Virus record (IMG/VR): IMGVR_UViG_3300045988_052707
Span: 15,837-79,836 of that record
From: a virus
Strand: one strand, 5' to 3'
DNA: 64,000 nt
Positions within the stretch are counted from its first letter, which is position 1. The number at the start of each line of letters is the position of its first letter. Under the pieces are notes generated by a model. That model was not told the origin of the DNA and ran no database searches. It was given only the letters and a program-made list of their open reading frames with translations. The position numbers and the translations under genes were made by a program. Of this stretch, positions 10,491 through 20,561 are shown in pieces.

Positions 10491-10737
10491 CTTGTTTAAT
10501 CTTCTTTTCCACCTTTCGAAATATCAAGTCTCCGTCAAGTGGACATCTACACTCCATAGTACAGTCACTGGCTTTAAAGTAACAGCCAAAGCACGCGCAA
10601 CCACTGTCAACGATTTCTACCGGACTGCCGTTTACAGTGATAAGGTCTCCTGCCTGTAAAATGGGTATTAATTCATTGTCTTCGTACTTAAATTTCTGCA
10701 TATCTAAAGTTAAAAAAGAAGGGCCAAACCCAGACAA
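10432..10737 (-). CDS. Cys-rich small protein
   Basis: CACFGCYFKASDCTMECRC cysteine cluster. Confidence 0.4.
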   Translation of the reverse strand: MSGFGPSFLTLDMQKFKYEDNELIPILQAGDLITVNGSPVEIVDSGCACFGCYFKASDCTMECRCPLDGDLIFRKVEKKIKQDERVEQTKSVAKEEGVYFY

Positions 10738-10947
10738 TCACTAGAGTAGACCTTACCTCATTAGAAGTAAAGAATAATCTAATAACTAATCTGAATTTGA
10801 CCCTAAACGGCAGTACGAATATCGTTCTGCGCGATTAGCACTACATTAAATATAACGTAGCCTAAAGTCCGTTATCATAAACTGATAACAATAATGCCTA
10901 TACTTGGCATTAGGTGTGTTGCTAGGAGCAACGAAGAAGAGCCTACA

Positions 10948-10957
10948 CCCCCCCCCC
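10948..10957. repeat. C10 homopolymer tract in a 270-nt intergenic region upstream of gene starting at 10737
   Basis: Read directly: gcctacaCCCCCCCCCCagtg. Confidence 0.9.
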
Positions 10958-11010
10958 AGTGATATTCTGGCTGGAATGTCTATTCCATAACCTATCACCA
11001 TACATAAGAA

Positions 11011-11379
11011 CTATTCAAAGTAGTCTGGGAACTTATCTTTTAATATTTCAGATATGTCCACGCCAGTCAGTTCAGCCATAGATAATTCTTCCAACATTGC
11101 GTCTTCAGAATCGTCCACACTACCGTCAGCGCTATCAATAAGATTGAGCAGTAATTGAGCTTTCTCATCAGTCAGCCCGTCTTGCGCCCATTTACTTACT
11201 ACTTCTGCAAAGAATTCATCGAACTCATAAGAAGTTTGCTCATCTTCATCAGCGATTGCATTCTTCTTGGCAAACAGTTCTTTGATGTCTTCATCTGTAA
11301 TAGTTCCGGCTTTATCATAAGCCGCGTTCAATGACTCTATAAGAGAGTCTTGTTCATCGAATGTCATTGTTGTTAACAA
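11011..11379 (-). CDS. highly acidic protein (D/E-rich), unknown function
   Basis: 122-aa ORF, strongly acidic composition. Confidence 0.5.
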   Translation of the reverse strand: MLTTMTFDEQDSLIESLNAAYDKAGTITDEDIKELFAKKNAIADEDEQTSYEFDEFFAEVVSKWAQDGLTDEKAQLLLNLIDSADGSVDDSEDAMLEELSMAELTGVDISEILKDKFPDYFE

Positions 11380-11532
11380 TTAATGTTAAGAACATGTGAA
11401 TAGTCTATTCACACCAACCCTCAAGGGCTTAAGATAATGTATGGTAATCAAATCACCATTACAGCAGTGGGGACTGCTTAAACAGGCATTTCACTCTCAA
11501 TTATGCCTGTGGTTATGTTAGAATAAAGAAAT

Positions 11533-11895
11533 TCACTTCTTCCAGGATATGAATAGATATTCTCCAACTAAGCCAGGATATCCTTCTTTATCAATAACCT
11601 TAACGAAGAATCGTTTATCTTCGTAGTATTTAAGGATTTCATCCTTGGCTTTAGCTACATCATCATTCAAATCCATAACAAGACTAAAGTAATTGTTCTC
11701 ACTCTTAGCCTTAATAAGTTGGTCAGTAGTATCTAGAAACCTCTTAATTAGAGTTTCTTGTGTCACCACTTCATTGTAAGTGGCAACTGAATATGCCTCG
11801 TCCGCATTCATAGATTCACCTTCCAACAATTTACCAAAATTAAAGATATTCTTCATAATAACTAATAATTGGTTTGTGGTCCAGACGAGATTCAA
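11533..11895 (-). CDS. hypothetical protein
   Basis: 120-aa ORF. Confidence 0.5.
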   Translation of the reverse strand: MNLVWTTNQLLVIMKNIFNFGKLLEGESMNADEAYSVATYNEVVTQETLIKRFLDTTDQLIKAKSENNYFSLVMDLNDDVAKAKDEILKYYEDKRFFVKVIDKEGYPGLVGEYLFISWKK

Positions 11896-11948
11896 ACTCG
11901 TGACCTTCCCTTTAGGAGAGGGACGCTCTATTCTACTGAGCTACTAGA
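11875..11948 (-). tRNA. tRNA-Arg (anticodon CCT)
   Basis: Manual fold: acceptor GGTCTAG/CTGGACC, D-arm GCTC/GAGC, anticodon arm TCCCT-CTCCTAA-AGGGA, T-arm ACGAG-TTTGAAT-CTCGT. Confidence 0.6.
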
Positions 11949-11958
11949 CCCCTTTACG

Positions 11959-12291
11959 TTATACGTTAATACTCCCAGTATGTCTGCCTTGTACATTACC
12001 ACCAACCTCAATACTGTTAGCTTCTATAGAACCTCCCACATTGCCTTTAACTTTAACACTATTACCATGTACAGTAAATGCGTCTCCGTCAATATCACAT
12101 GTGTTGCAGTTAAGCTCTTTTACATTACCAGTAAAACTGATGTGTACACTATCCTTATTAGTTTCAGATATTAACTTACCATTTACGTAAATTTTACGCT
12201 TGATTTGTGAGATAGTGATATTGTCCTCTTCAATGTCATAGGACTCATTATCAATAAATAACTTATTCATGATTCTTTTTATCCAGTTCAT
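11959..12291 (-). CDS. bactofilin-like beta-helical repeat protein
   Basis: Repeated G-N-V/G-G-S-I motifs (VHGNSVKVKGNVGGSIEANSIEVGGNVQG). Confidence 0.4.
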   Translation of the reverse strand: MNWIKRIMNKLFIDNESYDIEEDNITISQIKRKIYVNGKLISETNKDSVHISFTGNVKELNCNTCDIDGDAFTVHGNSVKVKGNVGGSIEANSIEVGGNVQGRHTGSINV

Positions 12292-12890
12292 CTTCCTTCG
12301 TAATACTTAATCAGTTTATCAAATGCTTCAATCCTAGCATTGTGACCCTTCTCGTCATCGGGAGTCCACCAAAATGCCTTACCATACCTGTCTTTAGGTG
12401 CACCTAAGAACTCTCTATTGAACTCTGGAAACATAGCAACTACATCACGTTCATCATAGATGTTGATTCCTCTTTCTGTGCCAGCCATAGCATGTTCAAT
12501 GCAGAAACACATTCCCCAGTATTCTGAATGGTCTTCAAACAGCTTCTTAGCTTTTAGTAAGATAGTGTGCTTATTGATTCTTTCTGTGTACCAATGGATG
12601 AGTTTATCGAAGGCTATAAGCCTGTGTTTCTTCTCATCTACGGGCCACCAAAAGACCAGCCTAGCTACTTCTTCTCGTTTGACATTACCTCCTAGAAACT
12701 CTGGGTTAAACTCCGGAATTAATGCCACTAATTCATTATAAGAGGGAGGTATTCCTTCTTTAAACACTCCGTTGAATGCTTGCTTCATATAGTGGCACAT
12801 ACCACCATTCTTATCACTACCTGGCTTTGTATCTTTATCGTACAAGTCTTTAGCAGTCTTTAATCTTTTAATAATTTCTAAGTTAGTCAT
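12288..12890 (-). CDS. protein with internal tandem duplication (two ~45-aa repeats)
   Basis: FNPEFLGGNVKREEVARLVFWWPVDEKKHRLIAFDKLIHWY vs FNREFLGAPKDRYGKAFWWTPDDEKGHNARIEAFDKLIKYY. Confidence 0.55.
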   Translation of the reverse strand: MTNLEIIKRLKTAKDLYDKDTKPGSDKNGGMCHYMKQAFNGVFKEGIPPSYNELVALIPEFNPEFLGGNVKREEVARLVFWWPVDEKKHRLIAFDKLIHWYTERINKHTILLKAKKLFEDHSEYWGMCFCIEHAMAGTERGINIYDERDVVAMFPEFNREFLGAPKDRYGKAFWWTPDDEKGHNARIEAFDKLIKYYEGR

Positions 12891-12910
12891 CTCTTTCCTT
12901 ATTAAGTTAG

Positions 12911-12982
12911 TAGTCCCAGGCAGAGTCGAACTGCCATTTCAGGTTCCGTAGACCAGCGTTCTATCCATTGAACTATGGGACC
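12911..12982 (-). tRNA. tRNA-Arg (anticodon ACG)
   Basis: Acceptor GGTCCCA/TGGGACT, D-arm GTTC/GAAC, anticodon loop CTACGGA (one T-T mismatch in stem), T-arm GGCAG-TTCGACT-CTGCC. Confidence 0.55.
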
Positions 12983-13129
12983 ATACAGGAAGCAATTCCG
13001 ATTTAACGGCCGCCCTTGCCAGTATCACGTACTGGGCTTTTCACGTGGACGGTCTGTCAGCATAACTCACAGTATTACTTACATGCTTCCTTTAAAGTTT
13101 AGCCTCTTCCAGCGCAAGAGCACTTATAG

Positions 13130-13396
13130 TCACTCTTCGCCATAGTACATCAAGTATAGCACCTGCTGACGCAAACCATATCTACGTGTAACCACGTTAG
13201 CTTCCGCTCTCCTGGAAAGCGCAGCATTGATACTCCTCTTGAGTTTATCGGCATCAAATAGCAAACCAGTTACTCCTACTAATCCATTAGGCTCATCAGC
13301 GCAGATGTAATCTACTGCTTCAAAGAGCTGGGCTTTAGTTTCAGAACTGTTCACCTTCTGCCATTTCTTTATTTCTTTCTCAAAGTCCATAATCAA
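13130..13396 (-). CDS. hypothetical protein
   Basis: 88-aa ORF. Confidence 0.45.
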   Translation of the reverse strand: MIMDFEKEIKKWQKVNSSETKAQLFEAVDYICADEPNGLVGVTGLLFDADKLKRSINAALSRRAEANVVTRRYGLRQQVLYLMYYGEE

Positions 13397-13767
13397 TTAA
13401 GTGCTTCAAGTTCTTTAGCTAATTCTTCCAGAGATTTGCCTTCGAGTTCAGCGTCTTGTTTCTTAGCCATAAGGTCAAGAATCTTCTGACGCTTAGCTTT
13501 CTTCTCACTTTCAAGTAGACGGTCTTCCTGTTCTTGCAACTTAACATCAATAATGTGTTTTGCAATATTGAATTTCAGTTCAAGTTCGGTAGTGTCCTTA
13601 GTCCGGGTTTTGATGAAGCTTTCAGTTTTAGACTCTTGCAATTTCTTGTTAAGAGCAATTGCAATATTGTCAAGTTGAATTAAGGGTAAATCCCACAAGT
13701 CTTCAACAGAAAGAACTCCACGTTGCGTGTTAAAACGCAATTTCATTCTAGATGCTTTCTCAAACAT
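13393..13767 (-). CDS. hypothetical coiled-coil protein
   Basis: 124-aa ORF, K/E-rich heptad-like C-terminus. Confidence 0.45.
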   Translation of the reverse strand: MFEKASRMKLRFNTQRGVLSVEDLWDLPLIQLDNIAIALNKKLQESKTESFIKTRTKDTTELELKFNIAKHIIDVKLQEQEDRLLESEKKAKRQKILDLMAKKQDAELEGKSLEELAKELEALN

Positions 13768-13769
13768 AA

Positions 13770-14708
13770 TTATAGCATTAAATTGTTAATACGTTTATAT
13801 TCTTCAAACACCTTGTCCTCTGATTCTTCTCCCCACATACTGTGAATGAGAACACCGTAAGCACAAGGCTGGTACACAATAGGGTCTACTGCCTTCTTAG
13901 TGATTGTAACCTCTGGATTGTTTAATTGACCAGGAGGGCAAGCTACAAATAGCTCATTTCTACCTATCTTAACAGCATCAAAGGAAACTATGTTAGGATA
14001 GCTAAAACCCTTTACATTAGCAGGAAGACCAGGATTCTTGTTAACTATACTGGACAGCCTGAGTGTGCCTTCTATATCAGGACCAACAACTATATGATTA
14101 TGTGATTCTATGTATTTCTTCAGATTGTTCAACATAGTTTCGCTGTCATTATATCCATAGTTGATACCTGTAACATAATAATATGCTCCATTAGTACACT
14201 CCAACCCCAAATCAGAGAACATTGGTCCTTCACCATTAAGCTTGCGCTTAACTTTTATGATTTCTCTGATGTTGCGGTCAGGAATTACTCCAGTGTATTG
14301 TTTTAGTAGACCTTTGACAAGTTTATACTTCTTACAAACATCATCAAATTGTTTAGAGCCAACCAGAAGAGTACTCTCTCCGAATACCTCTCTTGCACGC
14401 TTTACGAAATTAAATAGGTTCTTAGCGCGCATGGCATCCAGAGCTATCTGATTATATTCAGATATTTTAGCTTGCAATAACCTAGCATTCTTCGAGTTCT
14501 CTAGTCCAGCGTTAACCAGTGTGTTGTATTCTCTTACTAACGTATCTCTGCCAGGGATATCAACTGGTGTCTTAGAAACAGAACGTAGATATTCCTCCAT
14601 ACATAAAGCAAGAGCCATAGCTATGTTGGACTGAACAGTCACCACTGGCATGTCAACCACTTCTGGAGTTATAACTTCAGAATCATTGCGTTTTAGAAAT
14701 CTAAACAT
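13770..14708 (-). CDS. member A of a three-gene paralog family (C-terminal I-x-S-x-W-G-E-E motif)
   Basis: C-terminus DPIVYQPCAYGVLIHSMWGEESEDKVFEEY aligns with ORFs 16725..17591 and 22326..23177. Confidence 0.6.
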   Translation of the reverse strand: MFRFLKRNDSEVITPEVVDMPVVTVQSNIAMALALCMEEYLRSVSKTPVDIPGRDTLVREYNTLVNAGLENSKNARLLQAKISEYNQIALDAMRAKNLFNFVKRAREVFGESTLLVGSKQFDDVCKKYKLVKGLLKQYTGVIPDRNIREIIKVKRKLNGEGPMFSDLGLECTNGAYYYVTGINYGYNDSETMLNNLKKYIESHNHIVVGPDIEGTLRLSSIVNKNPGLPANVKGFSYPNIVSFDAVKIGRNELFVACPPGQLNNPEVTITKKAVDPIVYQPCAYGVLIHSMWGEESEDKVFEEYKRINNLML

Positions 14709-16720
14709 CAGAAATTGACTTTTAAAGTTCTACTAAATGTTCCGTCCACTTTAACAATAACGGAATTACGCATAGTAGATGAGAATCCTAATCCACTCAA
14801 TTGATGTTCTTGGTAAGGAGTCTTCATCTTATCAGCTAGAACCTCAAATACCTTACGGTGAGGAGTTAGCTCACTGTTAAGATATTCGTTAAAGAATCCA
14901 CGAACAGGCTCCGGATTCTTGCAATCGTCCAACATAAAGAAGTAATGTTTATTGCCAATACCCTGCTCATCCCAATAATTGGGAGACATCATCATCACGT
15001 TCACCTTATGGAACTTGTTAGTATCAATATTCCATATGCCTATTGACGAATTGCTAGTACTGGGTATTAGCTCTCTTATTTGGATGCCTTTAGATTTACT
15101 GTAAGTAATCTCGGCAACCATGACATTCTCTTTATGTTTAACGGGTTTGTCATAGACAAATTGTCGAACTTCTCCGTTATATTCTATTTCCAATGTAAAG
15201 CCTGTGTCAACAGATTCTCTACAACAGAAGTTATTAACATATACGGTGTAATTGCCTTCAAGCATCTTACGTTCGTCAACCCATATGATGTTCTCAACGG
15301 GTTTACGAGTTTTGCCATATCCAGCATTTTCATCCACGTCTAGCTTACCGCCACTTTTACCAGTTCTGTTAGAATAGTAGATTTCGTTGTATGAAGGTTC
15401 AACGACATGCAAATCCAAGTCATCATAGTTAGACCATGCCAACGAACATCTTAAGAACCCTTCAGTCTGACCGCCAGCAGCTCTTACTTTCTCTTTAATA
15501 GAATCAGCTACTCCTCCATTATATGTCCAAGCAAAGTTGTTCGGCCATTTAAATAGATTCTTAGCATCCTTATTAACAGGAGCTGTAAGAGTTACTAAGT
15601 TATTAGACAGTCTACTTTCCATTAACACTTCTATGTTAGTGGCAGTAGGTACTACATTAGCAATGAAATCATCAATGCTAATTTCAGTTAACTTGTCAAA
15701 CTTCTTAGGATTGACTTTAGTGTCTGCGGCTAGTTCTTCGAATATATTTCCAGCCATTACCTTCTTGGCATCACGATTAGCGAATATAACATTGTTAACT
15801 GTTATATCCTCTAAGGCAGCATGTCTACGAGGTAGAGAATCCATAAGACCTAGTTCCTGCACTTTCTTCTGTGCTTCCTCAATCATTCTTTTAGTAACAA
15901 TTGACTTAGGTCTTTGATAGTTCTCTGGAGCCATGATACGTTCGTATGCAGTCACACAATCGTCCAATTCAAGTCCTGATGATATATTTACCAACAATGT
16001 ACCAATTGCCGTATTACGAATGCGTGCACATCCTACACGATTGAAGTTTGCCCAACACCAGTTGTCTTTCTCTTCATCAGGTAATGAATCATAGTGTCTT
16101 TTATGACCCAGGAATACACTTAAGTCATTTTTAAACTGTTCTCCTCTATATAAAGCATTCTGACCTATTAAGTCCAGAACTGTTTCTATAGAATCGACAG
16201 TTAATTCCTCCAGTGCACGTTTGAACACTTCCTTAGTTGTGCGTAAAGTCCCCATTACAGCAGATACGGATTCAGTTCCTGTATACACCAATTGATTTGG
16301 CATATGATAATAGAGATGATTCCAGGTAATTACTTTAGGACCTTGCAAACTGTCAATATAGACATTGTTTCTATCAATTCCTAGTTCATAATCACGAGTG
16401 ATAAAAACATCTACAACTGGTTTTGATTTCACTAATGCATCGAGATTTCTAGCTACAGTAGCATAAGGTTCATCCAACTGTAGGTTCTCCCACATGGTTA
16501 CTACTTTATTGTCTTTAATGGCGACAACTCTACCATAATGTCTGATATAATGTTTACAATTGTTGCAATTATGAGACTGTCTCTCTTCCTCCGGAAAGGA
16601 ATTAAGATAACAATCCCATAATGCATCCTTGTCTACATTAGTCAGAAAGAGCATGTCTGCACCAGCAGCTAGTCGATTAAACTGCGCATGGACTGCTCTT
16701 TTAAACTTGACAAATTCCAT
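14708..16720 (-). CDS. large hypothetical protein (670 aa) with N-terminal Cys/His cluster
   Basis: HNCNNCKHYIRHYG metal-binding-like cluster; start overlaps stop of downstream gene. Confidence 0.6.
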   Translation of the reverse strand: MEFVKFKRAVHAQFNRLAAGADMLFLTNVDKDALWDCYLNSFPEEERQSHNCNNCKHYIRHYGRVVAIKDNKVVTMWENLQLDEPYATVARNLDALVKSKPVVDVFITRDYELGIDRNNVYIDSLQGPKVITWNHLYYHMPNQLVYTGTESVSAVMGTLRTTKEVFKRALEELTVDSIETVLDLIGQNALYRGEQFKNDLSVFLGHKRHYDSLPDEEKDNWCWANFNRVGCARIRNTAIGTLLVNISSGLELDDCVTAYERIMAPENYQRPKSIVTKRMIEEAQKKVQELGLMDSLPRRHAALEDITVNNVIFANRDAKKVMAGNIFEELAADTKVNPKKFDKLTEISIDDFIANVVPTATNIEVLMESRLSNNLVTLTAPVNKDAKNLFKWPNNFAWTYNGGVADSIKEKVRAAGGQTEGFLRCSLAWSNYDDLDLHVVEPSYNEIYYSNRTGKSGGKLDVDENAGYGKTRKPVENIIWVDERKMLEGNYTVYVNNFCCRESVDTGFTLEIEYNGEVRQFVYDKPVKHKENVMVAEITYSKSKGIQIRELIPSTSNSSIGIWNIDTNKFHKVNVMMMSPNYWDEQGIGNKHYFFMLDDCKNPEPVRGFFNEYLNSELTPHRKVFEVLADKMKTPYQEHQLSGLGFSSTMRNSVIVKVDGTFSRTLKVNF

Positions 16721-16724
16721 AATC

Positions 16725-17591
16725 TTATAAAGGTTTAATATTGTCGAATATATTGTCTTCGGCTTCTACTCCCCATTTAGAGTGAATCATTACCCCTATT
16801 GGAGTTACTTGAAATACAAATGGGTCATTATTGATAGGAATAATCTTCCTTTCCGGAACTGTAAACTGCATCGTTTCATTCATTTCTTCAATAGGAGCGG
16901 CAATGAATAAGTCAGCACTGCTACATTCTTTTGAATCAGCAATGTTCACGTCATGTGCCTTGGCTTTATTAAGGATATGAAAGAATGGATATGCATTCAT
17001 TCTAGCCTTATTTCTACTCAAATACATAAGTCCAATATGGGAAGGTTCCTGCCTAATGAAGTACCTTCCAACCGGATAGGACATGCTATCAATAGGCATA
17101 GGGTGAGTAGCAACTTGCATACCAGTAACATACCGTAAAGGTGAACCGTTTCCGCTATAGTTAACATACTCATTTGCTTCAAGTGCTTGAGCAGTGGCCA
17201 TTACCTTAGAGATTTCATCAATGTTCTCGTCAGGTACAGAACCTTTATAAGCTGATAGTCTTCCAACAACTAATCCATACTTAACATTCAGATTAATGAA
17301 ATCCTCCTCCTTAAGTATCAATGAGCCAGGGAAATGTCTTTGCAAAAAGCTATAACATTTTAAGACTTTAAGGTCCTCTTCCGAAGTGATAGCATCACCT
17401 ACTTCTTTAGAATTAGTAAATCCTAAAGCTTTCAGTTTGACAGCCTTATCAACTAGTTGATGATTCGGATTCAGACCCTTAATAGTCTTCATGTACTCTA
17501 CAGCCATTAGAGTATAAGCTAATTGCACTTCTTGGGCTGTGAATCTCTTTGTGCCTACAGACGTATCTGTAGAAGGACTAAAATTGTTCAT
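16725..17591 (-). CDS. member B of the three-gene paralog family
   Basis: C-terminus DPFVFQVTPIGVMIHSKWGVEAEDNIFDNI; shared mid-region motifs (LKALGF / YKGSVPDENIDEI). Confidence 0.6.
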   Translation of the reverse strand: MNNFSPSTDTSVGTKRFTAQEVQLAYTLMAVEYMKTIKGLNPNHQLVDKAVKLKALGFTNSKEVGDAITSEEDLKVLKCYSFLQRHFPGSLILKEEDFINLNVKYGLVVGRLSAYKGSVPDENIDEISKVMATAQALEANEYVNYSGNGSPLRYVTGMQVATHPMPIDSMSYPVGRYFIRQEPSHIGLMYLSRNKARMNAYPFFHILNKAKAHDVNIADSKECSSADLFIAAPIEEMNETMQFTVPERKIIPINNDPFVFQVTPIGVMIHSKWGVEAEDNIFDNIKPL

Positions 17592-17711
17592 AATTACTTT
17601 TGTTTAACTGAACCTGGTCTGGTAGTAGCTCTCTTAAATGAATCAGATTGCTTATCCCACCAAGCCTGTCGGTCTTTAAGACGTTGTACTTTCTTCTTGT
17701 ATTTCATAGGT

Positions 17712-18185
17712 TTATCCTATTTCGTTACTAGCATTATAAGCAAGCTTGTCGGCTTCCTTATTATGTTCATCACTTGCGTGACCTTTACACCACTCAACAG
17801 ACACTACTTTATGCCTGTTCACAGCCTTATCAAGACGTTCCCACAAATCAGTATTGGCTTTCCTCTTCCACCCTTTAGTAAGAGTTCCTACAATATACAT
17901 AGAATCTGTTACTATTGTAATTTCAGAAGGTTCCTTTATGGATTCCAGGGCAACTATGACAGCCATTTGCTCCATTCGCTGATTGGTGCTGTTCTTATAC
18001 ATCTTACTGTATTGGAATATCTTCTTGTCCTCCTCTAAAATGACAAAGCCTATTCCCCCTTGATTTCTCGCAGGAGAATAGGCACCATCACAGTATATTC
18101 TGTACTTATGCGTCGGCATTAGGATTCTCAACAAAATCCTCATCATCCTCATCTTCTTCGGTTTCGGATATGACATCCTCATCAA
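17712..18185 (-). CDS. rnhA: ribonuclease H (RNase HI family); likely starts at internal Met
   Basis: IYCDGAYSP..NQGGIGFVI, MEQMAVIVALE, TDSMYIV, WCKGHASDEHNKEADKLA match RNase H catalytic motifs. Confidence 0.7.
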   Translation of the reverse strand: MMRMSYPKPKKMRMMRILLRILMPTHKYRIYCDGAYSPARNQGGIGFVILEEDKKIFQYSKMYKNSTNQRMEQMAVIVALESIKEPSEITIVTDSMYIVGTLTKGWKRKANTDLWERLDKAVNRHKVVSVEWCKGHASDEHNKEADKLAYNASNEIG

Positions 18186-18636
18186 TAAGATGCTTAACCC
18201 ACATACCTAAGATAAAGATGACATAGAATTTGTCTTCCTCCTGTTTGTAGTTAACCTTGTCAGAGACTTCATTAACTACATCTAACATTGTGAACTCCTC
18301 TTTAGCCATAGCATCATCAGCTATAGCAGACATTTCTTCTACATAAGGTCTAGCCTTCTGCATTGCTTCGTCAAAACTCTTTACTAAGGCTATGCCTTCA
18401 TCACCTCTAATTTGCATAGCAACAGATAGAGGTTGTTGCAATTCATCTCTAAAGAAGCCCAAATAGAAAGCTTTCTCTACATCTCCGTTTACGAAGTCAT
18501 TGAAAGATTTAGCTTTCATTACTTCCTCCACTTTGAAATCAATTTCTGATACGTCTCTGATTTTGTCCATAATGTTATGATAGCAGCCCACCAATCTTCT
18601 CGGCCATGGCTGTTGCTTTGTTAGAAACTGCTTCAA
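18106..18636 (-). CDS. hypothetical acidic protein
   Basis: 176-aa ORF, acidic C-terminal tail. Confidence 0.5.
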   Translation of the reverse strand: MKQFLTKQQPWPRRLVGCYHNIMDKIRDVSEIDFKVEEVMKAKSFNDFVNGDVEKAFYLGFFRDELQQPLSVAMQIRGDEGIALVKSFDEAMQKARPYVEEMSAIADDAMAKEEFTMLDVVNEVSDKVNYKQEEDKFYVIFILGMWVKHLIDEDVISETEEDEDDEDFVENPNADA

Positions 18637-18826
18637 GGTTTGCAGCTTCAGTTTGTAATTCGATAATCTCTTGTTCTCTAACCTCTTTCTCTGCTTGAGC
18701 TCTAGATGCTACCTCTTTAAGATTGGTAACAGCTTTCTCAAATACATCAATAATCTTAGCTGATTCCTCGGCTAGTGAGGTACTTGTTACTTTAGCCGGT
18801 TCGGCTGATTGTTTCTTTCCAAACAT
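18575..18826 (-). CDS. small coiled-coil protein
   Basis: 83-aa ORF. Confidence 0.4.
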   Translation of the reverse strand: MFGKKQSAEPAKVTSTSLAEESAKIIDVFEKAVTNLKEVASRAQAEKEVREQEIIELQTEAANLEAVSNKATAMAEKIGGLLS

Positions 18827-18857
18827 CTTATAGGATTAGAATTACAGGGTTCAGGGT

Positions 18858-18941
18858 GAGCGGCTGTCGGGAATCGAACCCAATCTATCACTTGTGCGCA
18901 TACTAAAATTAGTGATGTGCCCTCCTTTACACTACAACCGC
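18858..18941 (-). tRNA. atypical tRNA-like gene (about 18 nt enclosed by the anticodon-stem-like TCACT/AGTGA helix); anticodon undetermined
   Basis: Good acceptor (GCGGTTG/CAGCCGC), D-arm (GTGT/GCAC) and T-arm (TTGGG-TTCGATT-CCCGA), but the anticodon-stem-like helix TCACT/AGTGA encloses 18 nt instead of 7. Confidence 0.4.
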
Positions 18942-19208
18942 ATGGAGCAGTGGTTAGAATACTAATAGTCAAACACTAATAGTCATTCCTAAAGAGGTGT
19001 TCTGCAACCACCCCACAGTCAGCGCTAAACTGCACGTCTTATTACATACGCTCAACTCTGCTTTAGTTGTCATCGCTGGACTTTATTTAACCCAGATTCC
19101 AGCCTGGTCTATACTCGTTTCCTTTTAAGCTTACCACACTTGGAACATACTAGTAAGTATCTGTTACAATCAGTATAGCTAGTTTTTGCTATTATAGTCC
19201 ATTCATGC

Positions 19209-20402
19209 CTACATGCTAGTTTCTCTAGCCATTTCTTGAATAGTTCTTTCATAATCAATTCGTTTTACTAATGGATATAATTGCCCATAGCCGTGATTAA
19301 CTGTTATACACCTAGATGTTATAGACAGACGATAGTGAGCATTGTTAATTTCGTTAGTAAGATACTCCATAGTTACAGGAGTTACTCCGTCACTAAATGT
19401 AACAGTTATGCCCGCTTCTATATCTCCTACACTCTTAGTAAGAGCATCTAAGCTACTTTGAATTTCTGCATATCTAGGATTAGGAATCTGCTCCGTCTCT
19501 AAATGCATAAAATGCTTAGATGTTTCACCTATATAACCTCCTTTGCTACATGGAATCGGAAGATAAACCCAGTTGTTATCAAACTTAACAGCTTGTTCAT
19601 AAGCATGAGTTCCAGGTCTAAAGAGTTGCTGGTACGTATCGACTTTAACTACTTCTCTAGTCCCAGGAAGTCTGCCTTGCTTGCCGTCTAACCACCACCT
19701 TATATAGTCACGAGCATCACGCACATGATATACTGGCAACTCAACTGGAGTACCATTAACCATACACCAATAATGACCTAGCAACCTCGGTCTATAAAAG
19801 TCAGAGTCTGTTCCATTGGAGTCAGGATTAGAATTGGCAAATCCATAACAGTAATCATAATAGTCTGCTGCTTTATGAGGTTTAGCAATCTTACCAAACT
19901 TGGGCAAAGCATGATTCCTGTTCTCCTTCCATTGCTTAGTACTAATGTTGTATCGACGACCTCTAGGAGTCTGCTCAACAGATTGTACTAATCCATTATC
20001 ATCAACTCTAAAGAACGCCTGTCTCCACCTATAATCAGTGAAGTAGTCGTCTAGGTATTCAGTTTTGTCAGTATTCTTAATTGGCTTAATCCACTCATTC
20101 CAGGCTTTGGCTAGCTCTTTATAAGGCTTACCTACATACTTGGCTATGAATTTCACAATCCTAGATTCTTTAACGTATCCATAGCCGTGGTCCCAAGCTA
20201 TATAACAACTTTTGTCTAATACCTTTCTACCATATCCTCTCTGCGCTGCCACTTCTTTAGATACTCTCAAATTGAAATCAGCATCAAAATCAGCTAGCGT
20301 CACTTTAGTAAGGTGTCTAGGATAGTAGCTTGGATTACGAGTATGCTTGCTTTTACGTTTATACTCTTTCCTATGACCAAGTTTAAGTCTTCGTTCACTC
20401 AT
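19209..20402 (-). CDS. hypothetical protein (397 aa)
   Basis: Long ORF; ends with TAG followed two codons later by TGA. Confidence 0.55.
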   Translation of the reverse strand: MSERRLKLGHRKEYKRKSKHTRNPSYYPRHLTKVTLADFDADFNLRVSKEVAAQRGYGRKVLDKSCYIAWDHGYGYVKESRIVKFIAKYVGKPYKELAKAWNEWIKPIKNTDKTEYLDDYFTDYRWRQAFFRVDDNGLVQSVEQTPRGRRYNISTKQWKENRNHALPKFGKIAKPHKAADYYDYCYGFANSNPDSNGTDSDFYRPRLLGHYWCMVNGTPVELPVYHVRDARDYIRWWLDGKQGRLPGTREVVKVDTYQQLFRPGTHAYEQAVKFDNNWVYLPIPCSKGGYIGETSKHFMHLETEQIPNPRYAEIQSSLDALTKSVGDIEAGITVTFSDGVTPVTMEYLTNEINNAHYRLSITSRCITVNHGYGQLYPLVKRIDYERTIQEMARETSM

Positions 20403-20561
20403 GTTATAGTATTTTAGTTACTTTACCAAATACGGATTTGGTCCACCCATTAATCTTACCATGATTGTTGCCTATAAGAACTCCTCTGTCTCCCTTAGCT
20501 TTGACTAAGTGAGTATCTACCTTTAACTTTGCAGAATACTATATCACCTACCTCTACATCG

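Noticed and set aside
10824-10994. 56-aa minus-strand ORF spanning the intergenic C10/G10 tract
   Set aside because: The translation (MVIGYGIDIPARISLGGGCRLFFVAPSNT...) is not protein-like, and the ORF has no gene-like context. The region is treated as non-coding.
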